Assembly (NCBI GenBank): GCA_964291215.2
Contig: OZ219791.1
Span: forward strand, 1 to 64,000
Length of the DNA: 64,000 nt
Direction of reading: 5' to 3'
From: Alphaproteobacteria bacterium
GTDB lineage: Bacteria; Pseudomonadota; Alphaproteobacteria; MPNO01; UBA830
Part shown: positions 21,098 through 31,523 of the stretch, one piece after another
Position numbering within the stretch: the stretch's first letter is position 1
Layout of the letters: each line of letters starts with the position of its first letter
Notes under the pieces: generated by a model
Seen by the model: the letters and a program-made list of their open reading frames with translations, nothing else
Database searches by the model: none
Told to the model about the DNA's origin: nothing
Position numbers and translations under genes: made by a program

Positions 21098-22090
21098 TCA
21101 GACGTTCGCGAGCATCGCCATCAGCTCGTCCTTCACGCCCGCGAAGCGTCCCTTGGCGAGACCCGGCGAACGCCACTCCGCGATAGTGCCAAGCTTCTCG
21201 GCGGGATCCGTGCGAAGGTATATCTCCGTGGTCTGGAGGTTCTGGTGCCCCAGCCATAGCGAGACCTTGCGGATGTCACAGGTCGCATTGAGAATCGTTA
21301 GGGCACAAGCGTGCCTCAGCACATGAGGGGTTACTTTCCGGCGCGCGATTGACGGTTCGGTCCGAGCTGCCGTCGCGACATGCAGCGCGAGCCGCCCGGC
21401 GAAGCCGCGCCGGGTCATTCCCCGTCCCATCGCGTTCAGGAACATGTGCCGGTCGGGAACCTCGGGGCGTATGGCGAGCCATGCCCCGAGCGCGTCAGCC
21501 GTTTCCCTCCAGAGCGGCAGGACGCAGGTTCGTCTTCCCTTGCCAGTGATCCGCACCTCGTCCAGCTGCGGCATCCTGACGTCATCGAGGGCGAGGCCGA
21601 CCAGTTCGGAGACTCGGAGCCCGGCATTGTAGGCGAGACACAGCATCGCCCGGTCCCGGGTTCCGGACCTGGTGGCGGCATCGGGAGCCTTCAGCAGCGC
21701 CTTCACCCCGTCCCGGTCGAGATGCCTGAGCGCGGGAATGTCGCCCTTCTTCTGCGGGATCGCGTGCACACGTGCAGCCATGTCGAGGCAGTCCGGGTGC
21801 CGGAACTCGATGAACTTGAAAAAGCTCTTGACCGCGGCCAGTCGGATGTTGCGGGTGCCGATGCCGTTGCCCCGATCCGCCTCGGGATGGTCGAGGAAGG
21901 CGAGGATGGTGTCGACATCGAGATGCCCGACCTCGAGCCTGCAGGGGCGGATGCCGTGCCTGTCTGCGGCAAAGATCGCGAGAAGCTTGAAGCTCGTGGC
22001 GTAGCTCTCGACGGTGTGCCGGCTGGCCCCCCGGTCACGGGGGAGATGCTCTCGCAGGAACGCAGCCAATGGAGATGCGAGTTGGGTCAT
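21098..22090 (-). CDS. ritC: RIT tyrosine recombinase C
   Basis: GLRVSEL, GKGRR, PHVLRH, WLGH, TTEIY; typical RitC N-terminus (FLREHL...ASRHTVESY). Confidence 0.9.
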   Translation of the reverse strand: MTQLASPLAAFLREHLPRDRGASRHTVESYATSFKLLAIFAADRHGIRPCRLEVGHLDVDTILAFLDHPEADRGNGIGTRNIRLAAVKSFFKFIEFRHPDCLDMAARVHAIPQKKGDIPALRHLDRDGVKALLKAPDAATRSGTRDRAMLCLAYNAGLRVSELVGLALDDVRMPQLDEVRITGKGRRTCVLPLWRETADALGAWLAIRPEVPDRHMFLNAMGRGMTRRGFAGRLALHVATAARTEPSIARRKVTPHVLRHACALTILNATCDIRKVSLWLGHQNLQTTEIYLRTDPAEKLGTIAEWRSPGLAKGRFAGVKDELMAMLANV

Positions 22091-23016
22091 GTCGTCTCCT
22101 TTCCTGCTGTTATGTGAAGTTTCTCGGCCGCCTCCGATACTTGGCGCATGAGGAGGGGCGTCGCCTCAAGGTACCAGTAGGTGTGCTTGACGCCGGTGTG
22201 TCCGAGGGTGGTCGACAGCGCGAGCATGTGCCGGCCGACATCCTTCCGGTTGGGGGAGAGGCTGCCTTCCAGTGCGGCGACGGCGAATCCGTGGCGAAGG
22301 TCGTGCAGCCTGGGGCCGGGCTCGCCGAGCCCGCCGCGAACTCCCGCCTTGCGCGCGAGCAGGATGAAGGTTCGGGTCAGATGTGTCGGTCGCAACGGCC
22401 GGCCGGATGCGAGAACGAACAGGTGTTCGCAGGGTCCGCCCTGCCGCTTGCGCACCGCGAGATAGTGTTCGAGGGCGCGGCGGGCGGTCTCGTGCAGGGG
22501 CACGAGGCGGTCCCTGCCGTTCTTGGCATTCCTGAACAGAAGCCCGTCCGGTTTCAGAGCCTCCAGCAACAGCCCGGTCGCTTCCGAGCGCCTCAGGCCG
22601 GTGCATGCCATGAGGCCGATGACATGATGGAAGGTCAGCGGGGTGAGCGATCCCGCTGGCGCCAGAGACAGCGCCTCCTTCATGATCTTCCGGATCTCCT
22701 CTGGCGATGGAATGCGCGGCGGCGGCCGGCGCCGTCGCGGCCTGTCGAGAGCCTCCCGGTGGGGCACCTCGTGACAGTCGTCCCCGACATGGAGGAAGAT
22801 GGCCATGGCGCGGACGATGTGCAGTCGCCTTCGGGCTTGGCCGACCGATGTTGCCGTGCGGGCCCAGTCCAGGACGTTGTCTGCACGCACGAACCTGTCG
22901 CCCCTGGCGTCGGCAAATTCGGCGTAACGCATCAGCATCCGTTCCTCGTCCCTGAAGGACAGGCCCAGCGCCTTCCTGCCGAGGACATAGCCCTTCGCGT
23001 GATCCGTCATGGTCAT
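22087..23016 (-). CDS. ritB: RIT tyrosine recombinase B
   Basis: TGLRRSEA, PRLHDLRHGFAV, LSTTLGH, TYWYL motifs. Confidence 0.9.
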   Translation of the reverse strand: MTMTDHAKGYVLGRKALGLSFRDEERMLMRYAEFADARGDRFVRADNVLDWARTATSVGQARRRLHIVRAMAIFLHVGDDCHEVPHREALDRPRRRRPPPRIPSPEEIRKIMKEALSLAPAGSLTPLTFHHVIGLMACTGLRRSEATGLLLEALKPDGLLFRNAKNGRDRLVPLHETARRALEHYLAVRKRQGGPCEHLFVLASGRPLRPTHLTRTFILLARKAGVRGGLGEPGPRLHDLRHGFAVAALEGSLSPNRKDVGRHMLALSTTLGHTGVKHTYWYLEATPLLMRQVSEAAEKLHITAGKETT

Positions 23017-24575
23017 GGGGCCTCTCCCTCGTACGGCCAGGGCTGAGCCAGTTCGCGAAGCATCCGGACATCGACGCGGGCATAGATCGCGGAGACGTCG
23101 GGAGAGCTGTGCCTGAGAAGGGCGCCGACGGCTTCAAGCGGCGTGCCGTTGCGCAGAAGGTTCGTTGCCGCCGAGTGTCTGAACAGGTGCGACGATGCCG
23201 GGCCGACGCCCCGGATGCCGGCCCGCCTGAGCGCGGGAGCGACGATCGAGGTGCCGATGCTCTTGGACGCCAAGGGGCGGCACGGCGCTCTGCAGCGCAG
23301 AAACACCTTCCTCTCGTCGCTGTGTGGCCGGGCCTTCAGGATGTAATCCCGCAGCGTATCTCCCACGTCCTGCGGCAGCGGCAGCTCCGCCTCCCGCCGC
23401 GACTTGCCGCCGACCCGGATGACGGCCCGGTCCCAGTCGATGTCGTCGAGAGCCAGCCCGGAGACGTCGCCGGCACAGAGTGCCAGCCGGGCGAGCAGCA
23501 GCAGGGCCGCCCTGTCGCGCAGCCCGATCGGCGTGGTCACGTCGCAGGTCGCGATCATGCGCTCGATGTCGTCCTGACCGACGTGCCGGGGCAGGCTCCC
23601 GCCCCGGAGCCTCGGCACCGTCGGGACCGCGTGGCCGAGTTCCGGCCGGCAGAGGCCGTTGTTCCCGAGGAAACGCAGGTACATCCGGAGCGCAATCGCC
23701 TCGCGTCCGACCTGATCGCGAGAGGCGGTTTCAAGGCGACCCAGGACCGTGTTCCGGACCCGGGCGACGTCATACGTTCCGGGGTCGCCGCCGAGAGCTG
23801 GGAGCAACGCGCGAAGACGCCGTTCGTACTGTTCGATGGACGAGTCCCTGAGGCCGCGGTGCTGTCGAAGCCAGTGCAGGAACACATCCAGATGCTCCCA
23901 ATGTTCCGCGTGGCGCTTCGGGACCTTCGGCGCCGGAATGACATTCCTGTCCGCCAAGAACGCGGCAAGAAGCCGGAGCAGATTCCCGGATTTGTCTGAA
24001 CCGACGAAGCCGGCAGGCCTGTCGAGGAACCCGGGATGAACGCAGGTGCAATCGTGGGCGAGAAAGCGGCGCCGAACGCGCTCGTCGGCCACCGCCAGGG
24101 GAATGTCCGACAGGTAGAGCCAGACGAAGAAGTGACGGCACAGGCTCCCGCTCTGAATGAGCACCGAACGCGCGTATCCCTGCATTTCCAGGGACTCCCG
24201 GAACTGCGCGGCGAGATGTCCTCCGGCCTTGATCTCCGGCGGCACCTTCGCGTGCCCGGTCTCGAGCAGATGCCGGAGGAGGCTGATCGCAAAATACCTT
24301 TGATCCTGTCCGGGCCTCTTCCCGATCTGATGCCGGCCCGGGCAATGGCATACATGGCGCATGAAACGGTCAACGAGGCGGATGTCGAATGTTTCGAGGC
24401 CCAGCCCGCTGGCCGCCAGCCAGACCGCGACATGCTTGGCCGTGCTGATCAGCCTGCCGATATTCCTGTCCGAATGGCCAAGGCTTTCCAGGCGATTTGC
24501 GTAGCCCCCGACAGCACAAGCATCGCGCTCCGGACCCACATCGGTGAGCGACGGGCTGAGTGTTTTGGTGGTCAT
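23013..24575 (-). CDS. ritA: RIT tyrosine recombinase A (catalytic Arg apparently replaced by Cys)
   Basis: GLRDRAALLLLARLALCAGDV, SHLFRHS, LLRH, SAIYARVD. Confidence 0.88.
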   Translation of the reverse strand: MTTKTLSPSLTDVGPERDACAVGGYANRLESLGHSDRNIGRLISTAKHVAVWLAASGLGLETFDIRLVDRFMRHVCHCPGRHQIGKRPGQDQRYFAISLLRHLLETGHAKVPPEIKAGGHLAAQFRESLEMQGYARSVLIQSGSLCRHFFVWLYLSDIPLAVADERVRRRFLAHDCTCVHPGFLDRPAGFVGSDKSGNLLRLLAAFLADRNVIPAPKVPKRHAEHWEHLDVFLHWLRQHRGLRDSSIEQYERRLRALLPALGGDPGTYDVARVRNTVLGRLETASRDQVGREAIALRMYLRFLGNNGLCRPELGHAVPTVPRLRGGSLPRHVGQDDIERMIATCDVTTPIGLRDRAALLLLARLALCAGDVSGLALDDIDWDRAVIRVGGKSRREAELPLPQDVGDTLRDYILKARPHSDERKVFLRCRAPCRPLASKSIGTSIVAPALRRAGIRGVGPASSHLFRHSAATNLLRNGTPLEAVGALLRHSSPDVSAIYARVDVRMLRELAQPWPYEGEAP

Positions 24576-24705
24576 GGGTTTTCTCCTGTCAGTGTCAAAA
24601 CCGACAGGAGTGGATCAGATTCTTATGTGAACCTGATCAGCGGAATAGGCTCGTGATCACAGGGAGTTGGGAATCAAGGTTCCCATAATCCTCTGGTTCC
24701 CATTA

Positions 24706-25097
24706 CACGCACCGGAATCCGCGACGAAGCCGTCCGCACAGGCCACGAAGTGGCGGCTCGCGGAGATCGCCCATGTCCCGGCGGGCGCGGCGTCGAGGAA
24801 CGCGCCCAGCGTGATTGCGCGCTCGTCGAAGGGGACGCCGGCGAAGAGGCGCTCCCATTCCCGCTCGCTCCGGGCGAAACGGCGGTTCCGGTATTTCGGA
24901 TGGCGGAGCGCGTAGTCCGGCGCCCAGCCGAACGCTTCGAGCGCGGCGGCGAGTTCGTCGATGAAGACGCCGTTCACCGACGGCCGGTCGAACAGGCGGC
25001 GGATGACGGCAGCGGCCTCGTGGGTCGGCACGCCGGCAATCGCGGAAATCGCGGACGGGCCGCACTTCGTGGCGCGGCCGGTGATCCGGTGGAGCAT
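24706..25097 (-). pseudogene. 5' part of a hypothetical gene split by the RIT (3' part 20849-20972)
   Basis: Removing the RIT at the CACGCA repeat restores a 516-nt ORF reading ...VADSGAW-FARMPAH... Confidence 0.75.
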
Positions 25098-25180
25098 GGC
25101 GGTCTCCGGGCTGGGTGGCGGGGGTCGGCCCGACGCGGCCGGGGGCGCACCGGGGAGATCCATCGGTTCGCCGGGTCCTT

Positions 25181-25909
25181 TCAGAGCAACCCACGCTCGT
25201 GGAAGGTGACCGAGCCGGTCGGCGTGACGATCAGATGGTCGAGCAGCGTCACTTTGATGGTCTTCAGCGCGTCGCGGAGGCGGTCGGTCATGGCGATGTC
25301 GGCTCTTGATGGTTCCGGGTTGCCCGACGGGTGGTTGTGGACCGCGATGACCGCGCTGGCCTGAAGCTCCAGACAGCGGATGCAGACCTCCCGGGGATAG
25401 GTGTGGCAGACGGAGCCTTTCTGGAGGCACTCGTCGGCAATGAGGAGGTTGTTGCGGTTCAGGTAGAGGATGTGGAACTGCTCGACCTCGCGGTGGCCGG
25501 CGAGGGTGCGGCAGTACTCGACCACCCTGTCGTAGCTTGCGAGGGGCGGGCGCAGGGTGTCGGGCATTTCGGCCCGCGCCATGCGGATGGCGAGCGCTTC
25601 GGCGGCCTTAAAGGCGGCGATGGCGTCTCCCGGCAGGCCCGGCACGGTGCGCAGCCGGTCCGGCCGTGCTGCGAGCGCGCGCGGCGCCGCGCCGAAGGTA
25701 TCCAGCAATGCGCGGGCGAGCGCCCCGGCATCGTCCACCGGCGGGCGCCCGGAGAGCAGCAGTTCGAGCAGGTCGCGGTCGTCGACCGCCTCGCGCCCGG
25801 CGCGGAGGAAGCGGCGCTGGAGGCGGTCGGCGGTCTTGCGGATCGAGGCCGGCGCTGCGGGCATGTCGTGCAGCAGCATGTCGTCGAGAGCCGGCAGGGA
25901 ATCGGGCAT
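25181..25909 (-). CDS. radC: RadC/JAB-domain protein
   Basis: ELLELLL-like N-terminus, YPREV, HNHPSGNPEPSRAD, LLDHLIV. Confidence 0.9.
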   Translation of the reverse strand: MPDSLPALDDMLLHDMPAAPASIRKTADRLQRRFLRAGREAVDDRDLLELLLSGRPPVDDAGALARALLDTFGAAPRALAARPDRLRTVPGLPGDAIAAFKAAEALAIRMARAEMPDTLRPPLASYDRVVEYCRTLAGHREVEQFHILYLNRNNLLIADECLQKGSVCHTYPREVCIRCLELQASAVIAVHNHPSGNPEPSRADIAMTDRLRDALKTIKVTLLDHLIVTPTGSVTFHERGLL

Positions 25910-26333
25910 GGCGGCGTCCTCCGCGGGTTTGAAGGCAAACGCCCCGGCTCCGGCGAGCGGGACGGGCCGATGGCGGAACGGGGCAGCGTCGGGGCGAACG
26001 GATCCCGGGCGGATCAGCGGGCCGGAACTTCCGGGTCCGGGCCGTGGGGGCCGGCTCGACCGCGGCCCTGCCGTCGCGGACGGTGACCGTCACGGACGGT
26101 GACGGTGCGGCCGGTCGGTCCACACGGCGATGGCGCGCTTCTGCGCCTCGTCGCCGGGCGGCGGCGCTGTCGGGACGCCGGCGGTATCGGGAACTGCGGC
26201 AGGCTTCATGGGCTCGACCTCCTGGTTCGCAATGCCGGACATGCGGGCTCGGGACGCTTCCGCGCCCCGGCCCTGTCTCGCCCGGACGCATGCCGGCCTT
26301 CGCTCCGGGCGGCGCCGGGACAGCTTCGGGGGA

Positions 26334-27130
26334 GCGTGGCGGCCGGTCAGGCGCCGTCCGCCGCGCTTCCGTCGCCGAGGGTCACGGTGACGTCGGGCCG
26401 GCGGATGTCGACGGCGCGGTTGCGGGGCGCAAGCTACATCAGCTCGCGCCGCACCGCCTCGGCGATGGATGCCCGGCAGGCCTCGTCGTCGGACAGCAGC
26501 AGGCGGGTCGCGAGATGCAGCGCGTCCTCCTCGAAACGGGCGCGCTGGGTCTCCCGGCTGTCGGCGTCGGCATCGTCGGAGGGCGAGAAGAACCCCGCCA
26601 TGAGCAGCGCGGCGAGATCGTGCGGCTGGAGGGCGCTGTCTTCGGTGACCAGCGGCATGGCCTCGTCGATCCAGGACCAGGCCTCGCCGGCGAACGCCAT
26701 GTCGGCCGGCAGGTCGAGGGTGCGTTCCGGACCCGACGCCGGGCGGACGGCAAGCGCGATGCGGATGGCGGCGGGGCGGGCCGGCAGCGGCGCGAGACGG
26801 CCCGGGCAGCGGATACTCCGCGAGCGTCGTCCAGTCGTCCCCGGCGGCAACCCGGACGGTTGTATCCGTCACCCGGTCGAGCGTATCGTACCAGCCATAG
26901 CCCTCCAGCCGCCGGTCGGCCTCGAAGAGGCGCGGCGCGATGCCGGCGCGTTCGGCGGCGCGCCACAGCGCCTGCGCCTCGGGCGGCTCCGGGTCGCGAT
27001 CCATGACCAGGGCGTCATGGCCGGCATCGGCCAGCTTGCCCGGTTCGCGCCAGTCGTTGCAGTCGGCGATCATGGGCCGCCAGGGCCGCAGGGTGGCCGG
27101 CGGCGGCGCGATGGCGATGCCGGCCTCGCG
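26334..27130 (-). pseudogene. C-terminal remnant of a conserved ICE-associated protein
   Basis: Frameshifted fragments EADRRLEGYGWYD and FFSPSDDADADSRETQRARFEEDA; joined directly to the ParB 3' end, consistent with a deletion. Confidence 0.5.
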
Positions 27131-29128
27131 CGCCCGCGTCCAGTCGGCGAAGGCCGGGCGGCGTCCAGGCGAGCGCGGCGGCGTGCATCGCGGCGCTCAC
27201 CCCGACCGGCGGGTCGCCGGCGGCGAAGGCGGCCTCCATCGCCTCGGCGAGCGTGGGCTTCCTGTATTTCGACCGCGCCGAGGCCCAGTTGATGCCGAAC
27301 ACCGTGCGGGCGATGTCGAGGATGCGGCTCCTGGCGATCCGCGACCACAGCATCGCCGCCGTCGGACGGACATGCCTGGCGAAGTCGATGCCGAGCCGGG
27401 CCACCGTGGCTTCGAGTTCGGGCCGCGCCTGGGGTTCGAAGGCGAGCTGTCCCTTCACCGTGCGCGCGACGCAGGCCGCGAACAGCGCCTGCTTCTCCGC
27501 CTCGGACAGCGCCCGGAGCGCCGCGAAGGACTGGCCGTCGTCCTCGATGGTCAGCCAGTCGAGCGACAGGTGCGAGCGGTCCTCCAGCATGGCCTCGCCC
27601 GGCGACCAGGCCGCGAAACCGGCATCGTTCATGCGGGTCATGGGCCTGTCGGGGGTTTCCTTGACCGCGATGTCGAGGGCGTGACGGCCCGGCGCGAACA
27701 CGGCGCGGCCCATCCGGAACAGCGCGAGGCCGAAGGCGGCCTCGAAGTCGCCGGCGAGATGGGCCTTGACCAGCGCGGTGCGGATCGCGCGCAGGTCGTC
27801 GGCAAGCCCGATGCCGACGCCCGCCTCCTTGCGCGCCTCGGATTCGGGGTCCTTCGGCGGCGCCATGGGCGTCGAGATGGGCAGATTGACGGACGGGCCT
27901 GCGGGGCGGTCGTCATGGCCGACGGTGTGGGCATCTTGCGCGTCGTGGCCGTTGCCGGCGGCGCCGGCCTCCGCCTGCATGTCCTCGGGCTTCACCAGGC
28001 TTTGGATGACCTGCATCGCGCCGTCCTGGCCGACAGTGACGATGCAGCCGGCCATCGCGAAGTCCTCGCGCCGGAACACCGCGCGCGCCTCGACGGCGGC
28101 CTCGATCCCGTCGAGCCGGGCCTCGACAGCCTCCGCTTCGGCGGCCAGTTCGTCGGTCCACTCGTCGTCATCGAGATTGACGAGTTCGTCGTGGCGGGTC
28201 GTCAGCTTGTCGATCTCGGCCCGCTCCGCGTCGGTCGGCGTGCCGGGGCTCGATGCGCCCGTAACAGGCGGTGTCGCTCCAGTCGACCTCGACCATGGCC
28301 CACTTCCAGCGCGTCGGCGGCGGCCCGGAGCTTCTCCGCCGCGAGCTTCTCCAGCAGCACCGGGTCCTCGAACCAGACGCCGTGCTCGTATTCGTCGGCG
28401 AACAGGTCGCGCATGACCTGGCCGCCCGCGGCCTCGTAGGCCTCGACCCCGACGAAGCGGGCCACGGCCGAGGCGCCCGGCACGCGCTCTTCGGTCAGCA
28501 GGCGCTTCACCTGCCAGGCCGACGGGCGGCCGGCCTGTCCGGAGAGTTGTTCCCATACCGTCATCTGGCGCGTGCGGTCGGCGGTGACGGCGAACGCCTT
28601 GAGCACTTCGAGATCGATCCCGCCGGCCCGGTAGGCGTCCAGAAGCTCGGGCGTGGCGTTGCCGAGGCGCTGCTCGACGGTGCGCTCCGAGGCGCCGAAC
28701 CGCGCCGCGATGGCGGCAACCGGCTGCCCGGCGTCGGCCAGCTTCGTGAACGCGACCACCTGGTCGGCCGGATGCATGGCGATGCGGACCACGTTCTCGG
28801 CGAGCGAGAGTTCGGCGGCTCGGCGTCGCCGGTCCTGACCAGGCAGGGCACCGGGTGGTCGGCGTCGAGCGCCTTGTCCCCTACGAGCGCCTGCATGGCC
28901 TTGAGGCGGCGCCCGCCGACGACCACGGCATAGCGCCCGATGCCGTCCGAACCGGGCTCCTCGGGCCGGACGACGAGGTTCTCCAGCAGGCCGAGGGCGG
29001 CGATGGAGGCCTTGAGCTCGGCGTCGGCCCGGGCATCGGGCGGGGTCTTGCGGACGTTCTCGGGGGCGAGGCCGGGCGAGCGGGATATCCCGGATCAGCG
29101 GCGCGGCCCCGGGGGCGATGAAGTTCAT
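27130..29128 (-). pseudogene. ParB/RepB/Spo0J-family plasmid/ICE partition protein, frameshifted
   Basis: ENVRKT, GLLENLVVR, VVGGRRLKA, ELSLAENVVRIAMHPADQVVAF, IAARFGASERTVEQRL. Confidence 0.85.
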
Positions 29129-29434
29129 GCCAGTCTCCATGGAGGGTTGCGGATGGTCGGCGCGGGCGGCCCACTCCGGCTGCCCCGCGCCTGCCCGGAC
29201 CGCCGCCCCGCTCCGGCTCCGGGCGGCGCAACCCGACGGCGCGGTGCGGCGGTATCGGAAACGGCGGCAGACGGCGCGCGGCCGGAAGTGGTCCGGCCGG
29301 CGCTGCTGCGGGCAGGGAGCGGCGGTCCGCCCCGCGTCACGGGGTCCGGATGCGCAGATGGCCAGCAGCGCCGGGGGCCGCCGGCAGACGAAGGCGCCGT
29401 GGAGGGTCGGGAAGCGGTGCGCCGCCGTTGGATG

Positions 29435-30620
29435 TCAGGCGGCGATGCGCTCGCCCCAGGGCGCGGGTCGCCGCCACGGGTTGTCCCCGTGGTCGCACCA
29501 CAGCACCGGGAACGGGGGCTCCGTCGACGGATAGCGGGAGCACTCCATGTCGGTGAAGTAGAGACACACGCCCGGCTGTATCCCCTGTTCGTCGAGCCAC
29601 TCGAAGCCCGGGCGGAAGTCCGTGCCGCCCCGGCCCCTGACGGCGATCTCTTCGGGGAGGTCGTCGGGCGCGTATTCCGCCGCGTCCTGCACCGCGGCGT
29701 CGACCTGGAGCACGACGACGCGCCCGGGCCGGATGTCTGCCGCCACCTCGCGCAGTTCGGCCCGGAACGCGGCCAGCGTCTCCGCCGGCAGCGAGCCCGA
29801 GGTGTCGATGATGACGGCGATGGTCTCCATGCCCTCGGAACGGATCGAGGGGAGATAGAGGCCGGAGTCGATGAAGCGCCGGTTGGGCAGGCTCCAGCTG
29901 TAGTCGCTCTTCGCCGCGTCGGTCATGTGGCGGCGCAGCAGCGAGCGCCAGTCGAGCGCGCCCGCATGGGCGCCGCGGACGGTTTCCTCGACCGCGCCGG
30001 GCAACCGGCCTTCGGCCTTGGCGAGACCGAGCGCCTGGTGCATGGCCTCGTCCCAGGCCTGTTCCTCCAGTGTCATGTCGCCCGGCGGAGGCGCGCCGTC
30101 CCCGGCGCCGCCCGCCGGCGCGTCCATGACCTCGCCGGTGCCCGACGGATCGCAGCTTGCGTCGCCGCTGTTGTCATCGTTGCCGGAACCGCCGTCATCG
30201 TTCGAGGCGTCTGTCGAAGCATCCGCCTTCCCGTCATCGCCATGGTCGGATGGGCCGCTCCCGTCGGGCATGGGAGCGCCTGCCGAACCGGCGCCGTCAT
30301 CACCGCTGCCGGACGGCGGAGCGCCATCGCCGGATCCACCTTCGTCCGGCTTCGGCAATTGCTCGTATGCTTCCTCGACGCTGATCCCGTCCCACGCTTC
30401 CGCGTCGGGCGGCAGGGTGAAGCCGGCATCGCGCAGCAGGCCGTGGGTGACGAGCTGGGATGCGCGCTGCCAGCGCTCCGGGTCGCGGTCGCCCCGGCGC
30501 GTGTGGTGCTTCAGCGCGCAGGCCAGCACCACCCGGACGATCGCGGTCCCGATCAGGTGGGCGTCGGCGCGGACCGGCAGGCGGAGCGCCAGGCTGCCGA
30601 AGAAGGGCTGCTCCCGCACG
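29435..30620 (-). pseudogene. DUF2201-type metallopeptidase-like/VWA protein, N-terminally deleted and fused to the upstream gene
   Basis: QPFFGSLAL, acidic linker, LDWRSLLRR, IIDTSGS (MIDAS), GRGGTDFRPGF, YFTD. Confidence 0.8.
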
Positions 30621-31500
30621 GGCGCCGGGGAGACCGCCGCCGCGAAATATCCCGCGAACCTCTCCGCCAGCGCATCCGCGTCGCGCTTCACCCGCGCGCG
30701 GGCGACCGGATCGAAACTCTTCGACGGCCTGAGCGCGTCCGGCTCGACGCCGGCGATCTTCTCCTTTACCTGCCCGCAGAGCCGGGCGAGTTCGTCGTCG
30801 CCGAAGATATTCAGCCGCGGCACGATGTCGACAAGGTCGCGGATGTTGCCGATCATCGAGTCCCGGAACACCAGCGGCTTGCCCTCTCCGTCCTCCCGCA
30901 GGCGTTCGGAGACCCGCTCCACGGCCTCGCCGAGGCGCCGGTAGAGGTCGCCCACCGCATCGTGCAGCCGCTCCTCCACCTGGCTCTCGATGTCGCGCTT
31001 CACCCGGTCGGTGTCGTCGGAGGCGAGCTTCGCCATGAAGTGGTCGGCACCGGGACGATCCGCCAGCGCAGGCCGAACCTGTCCCGGAGCGCCTCCTTCG
31101 AGGGATAGTCCCCGATACGGAACAGCTTGCCGAGATCGAGCCGGGCCTTTTCGATATTGTCGTCATAGTCCTCGATGAAGCGGGCGCGCTCGCGCACCAT
31201 GCGCTCGCGCAAGCCGTCCATCAGCCCCGTGTAGCGCTCGTGGTTGGCGACGGGGAGCAGCCGGCTCCCCCGGTCGTCCCAGGGCAGGGTCTGGGCGTCG
31301 TGGGCCGCGCGCGCCGCGCTGACGGTGGCATTGAGGGCGGCGAAGGCGGTTCGGGGCAGCAGGCACTTGTTGTAGCGCCCGGCGCTGACGCTCGCCTCGT
31401 AGTGGACGGCGACATGGGTGCTGGCCTGGCGGTCATGGAGCCGGCCCGACCAGGCAGCGATGCGCAGGCTGACCAGCATGGCGTCGTGGCTGAGATTCAT
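30621..31500 (-). pseudogene. DUF3150-like protein, frameshifted near 31050
   Basis: MLVSLRIAAWSG, YNKCLL, TLPWDDRG.RLLP, DYPSKEALRDRF, FRDS...N..DL...VPRLNI.GD; lies between the AAA and VWA genes. Confidence 0.6.
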
Positions 31501-31523
31501 GGGTGTTCTCCTGAAGGGGCGGT

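Larger units (their letters stand above)
20979..24705 (-). mobile_element. RIT element (recombinases in trio), including a terminal palindrome
   Basis: Three overlapping tyrosine recombinase genes; 89-bp IRs (21000-21088 / 24622-24710, 2 mismatches); 6-bp direct repeat CACGCA at 20973-20978 and 24706-24711. Confidence 0.92.

Noticed and set aside
29435-31036. Natural DUF3150-DUF2201 fusion protein
   Set aside because: The junction lacks the DUF2201 N-terminus and the upstream gene is frameshifted; deletion is the simpler explanation.
28940-31108. 722-aa plus-strand ORF
   Set aside because: Antisense shadow of the VWA/DUF3150 genes; no motifs.
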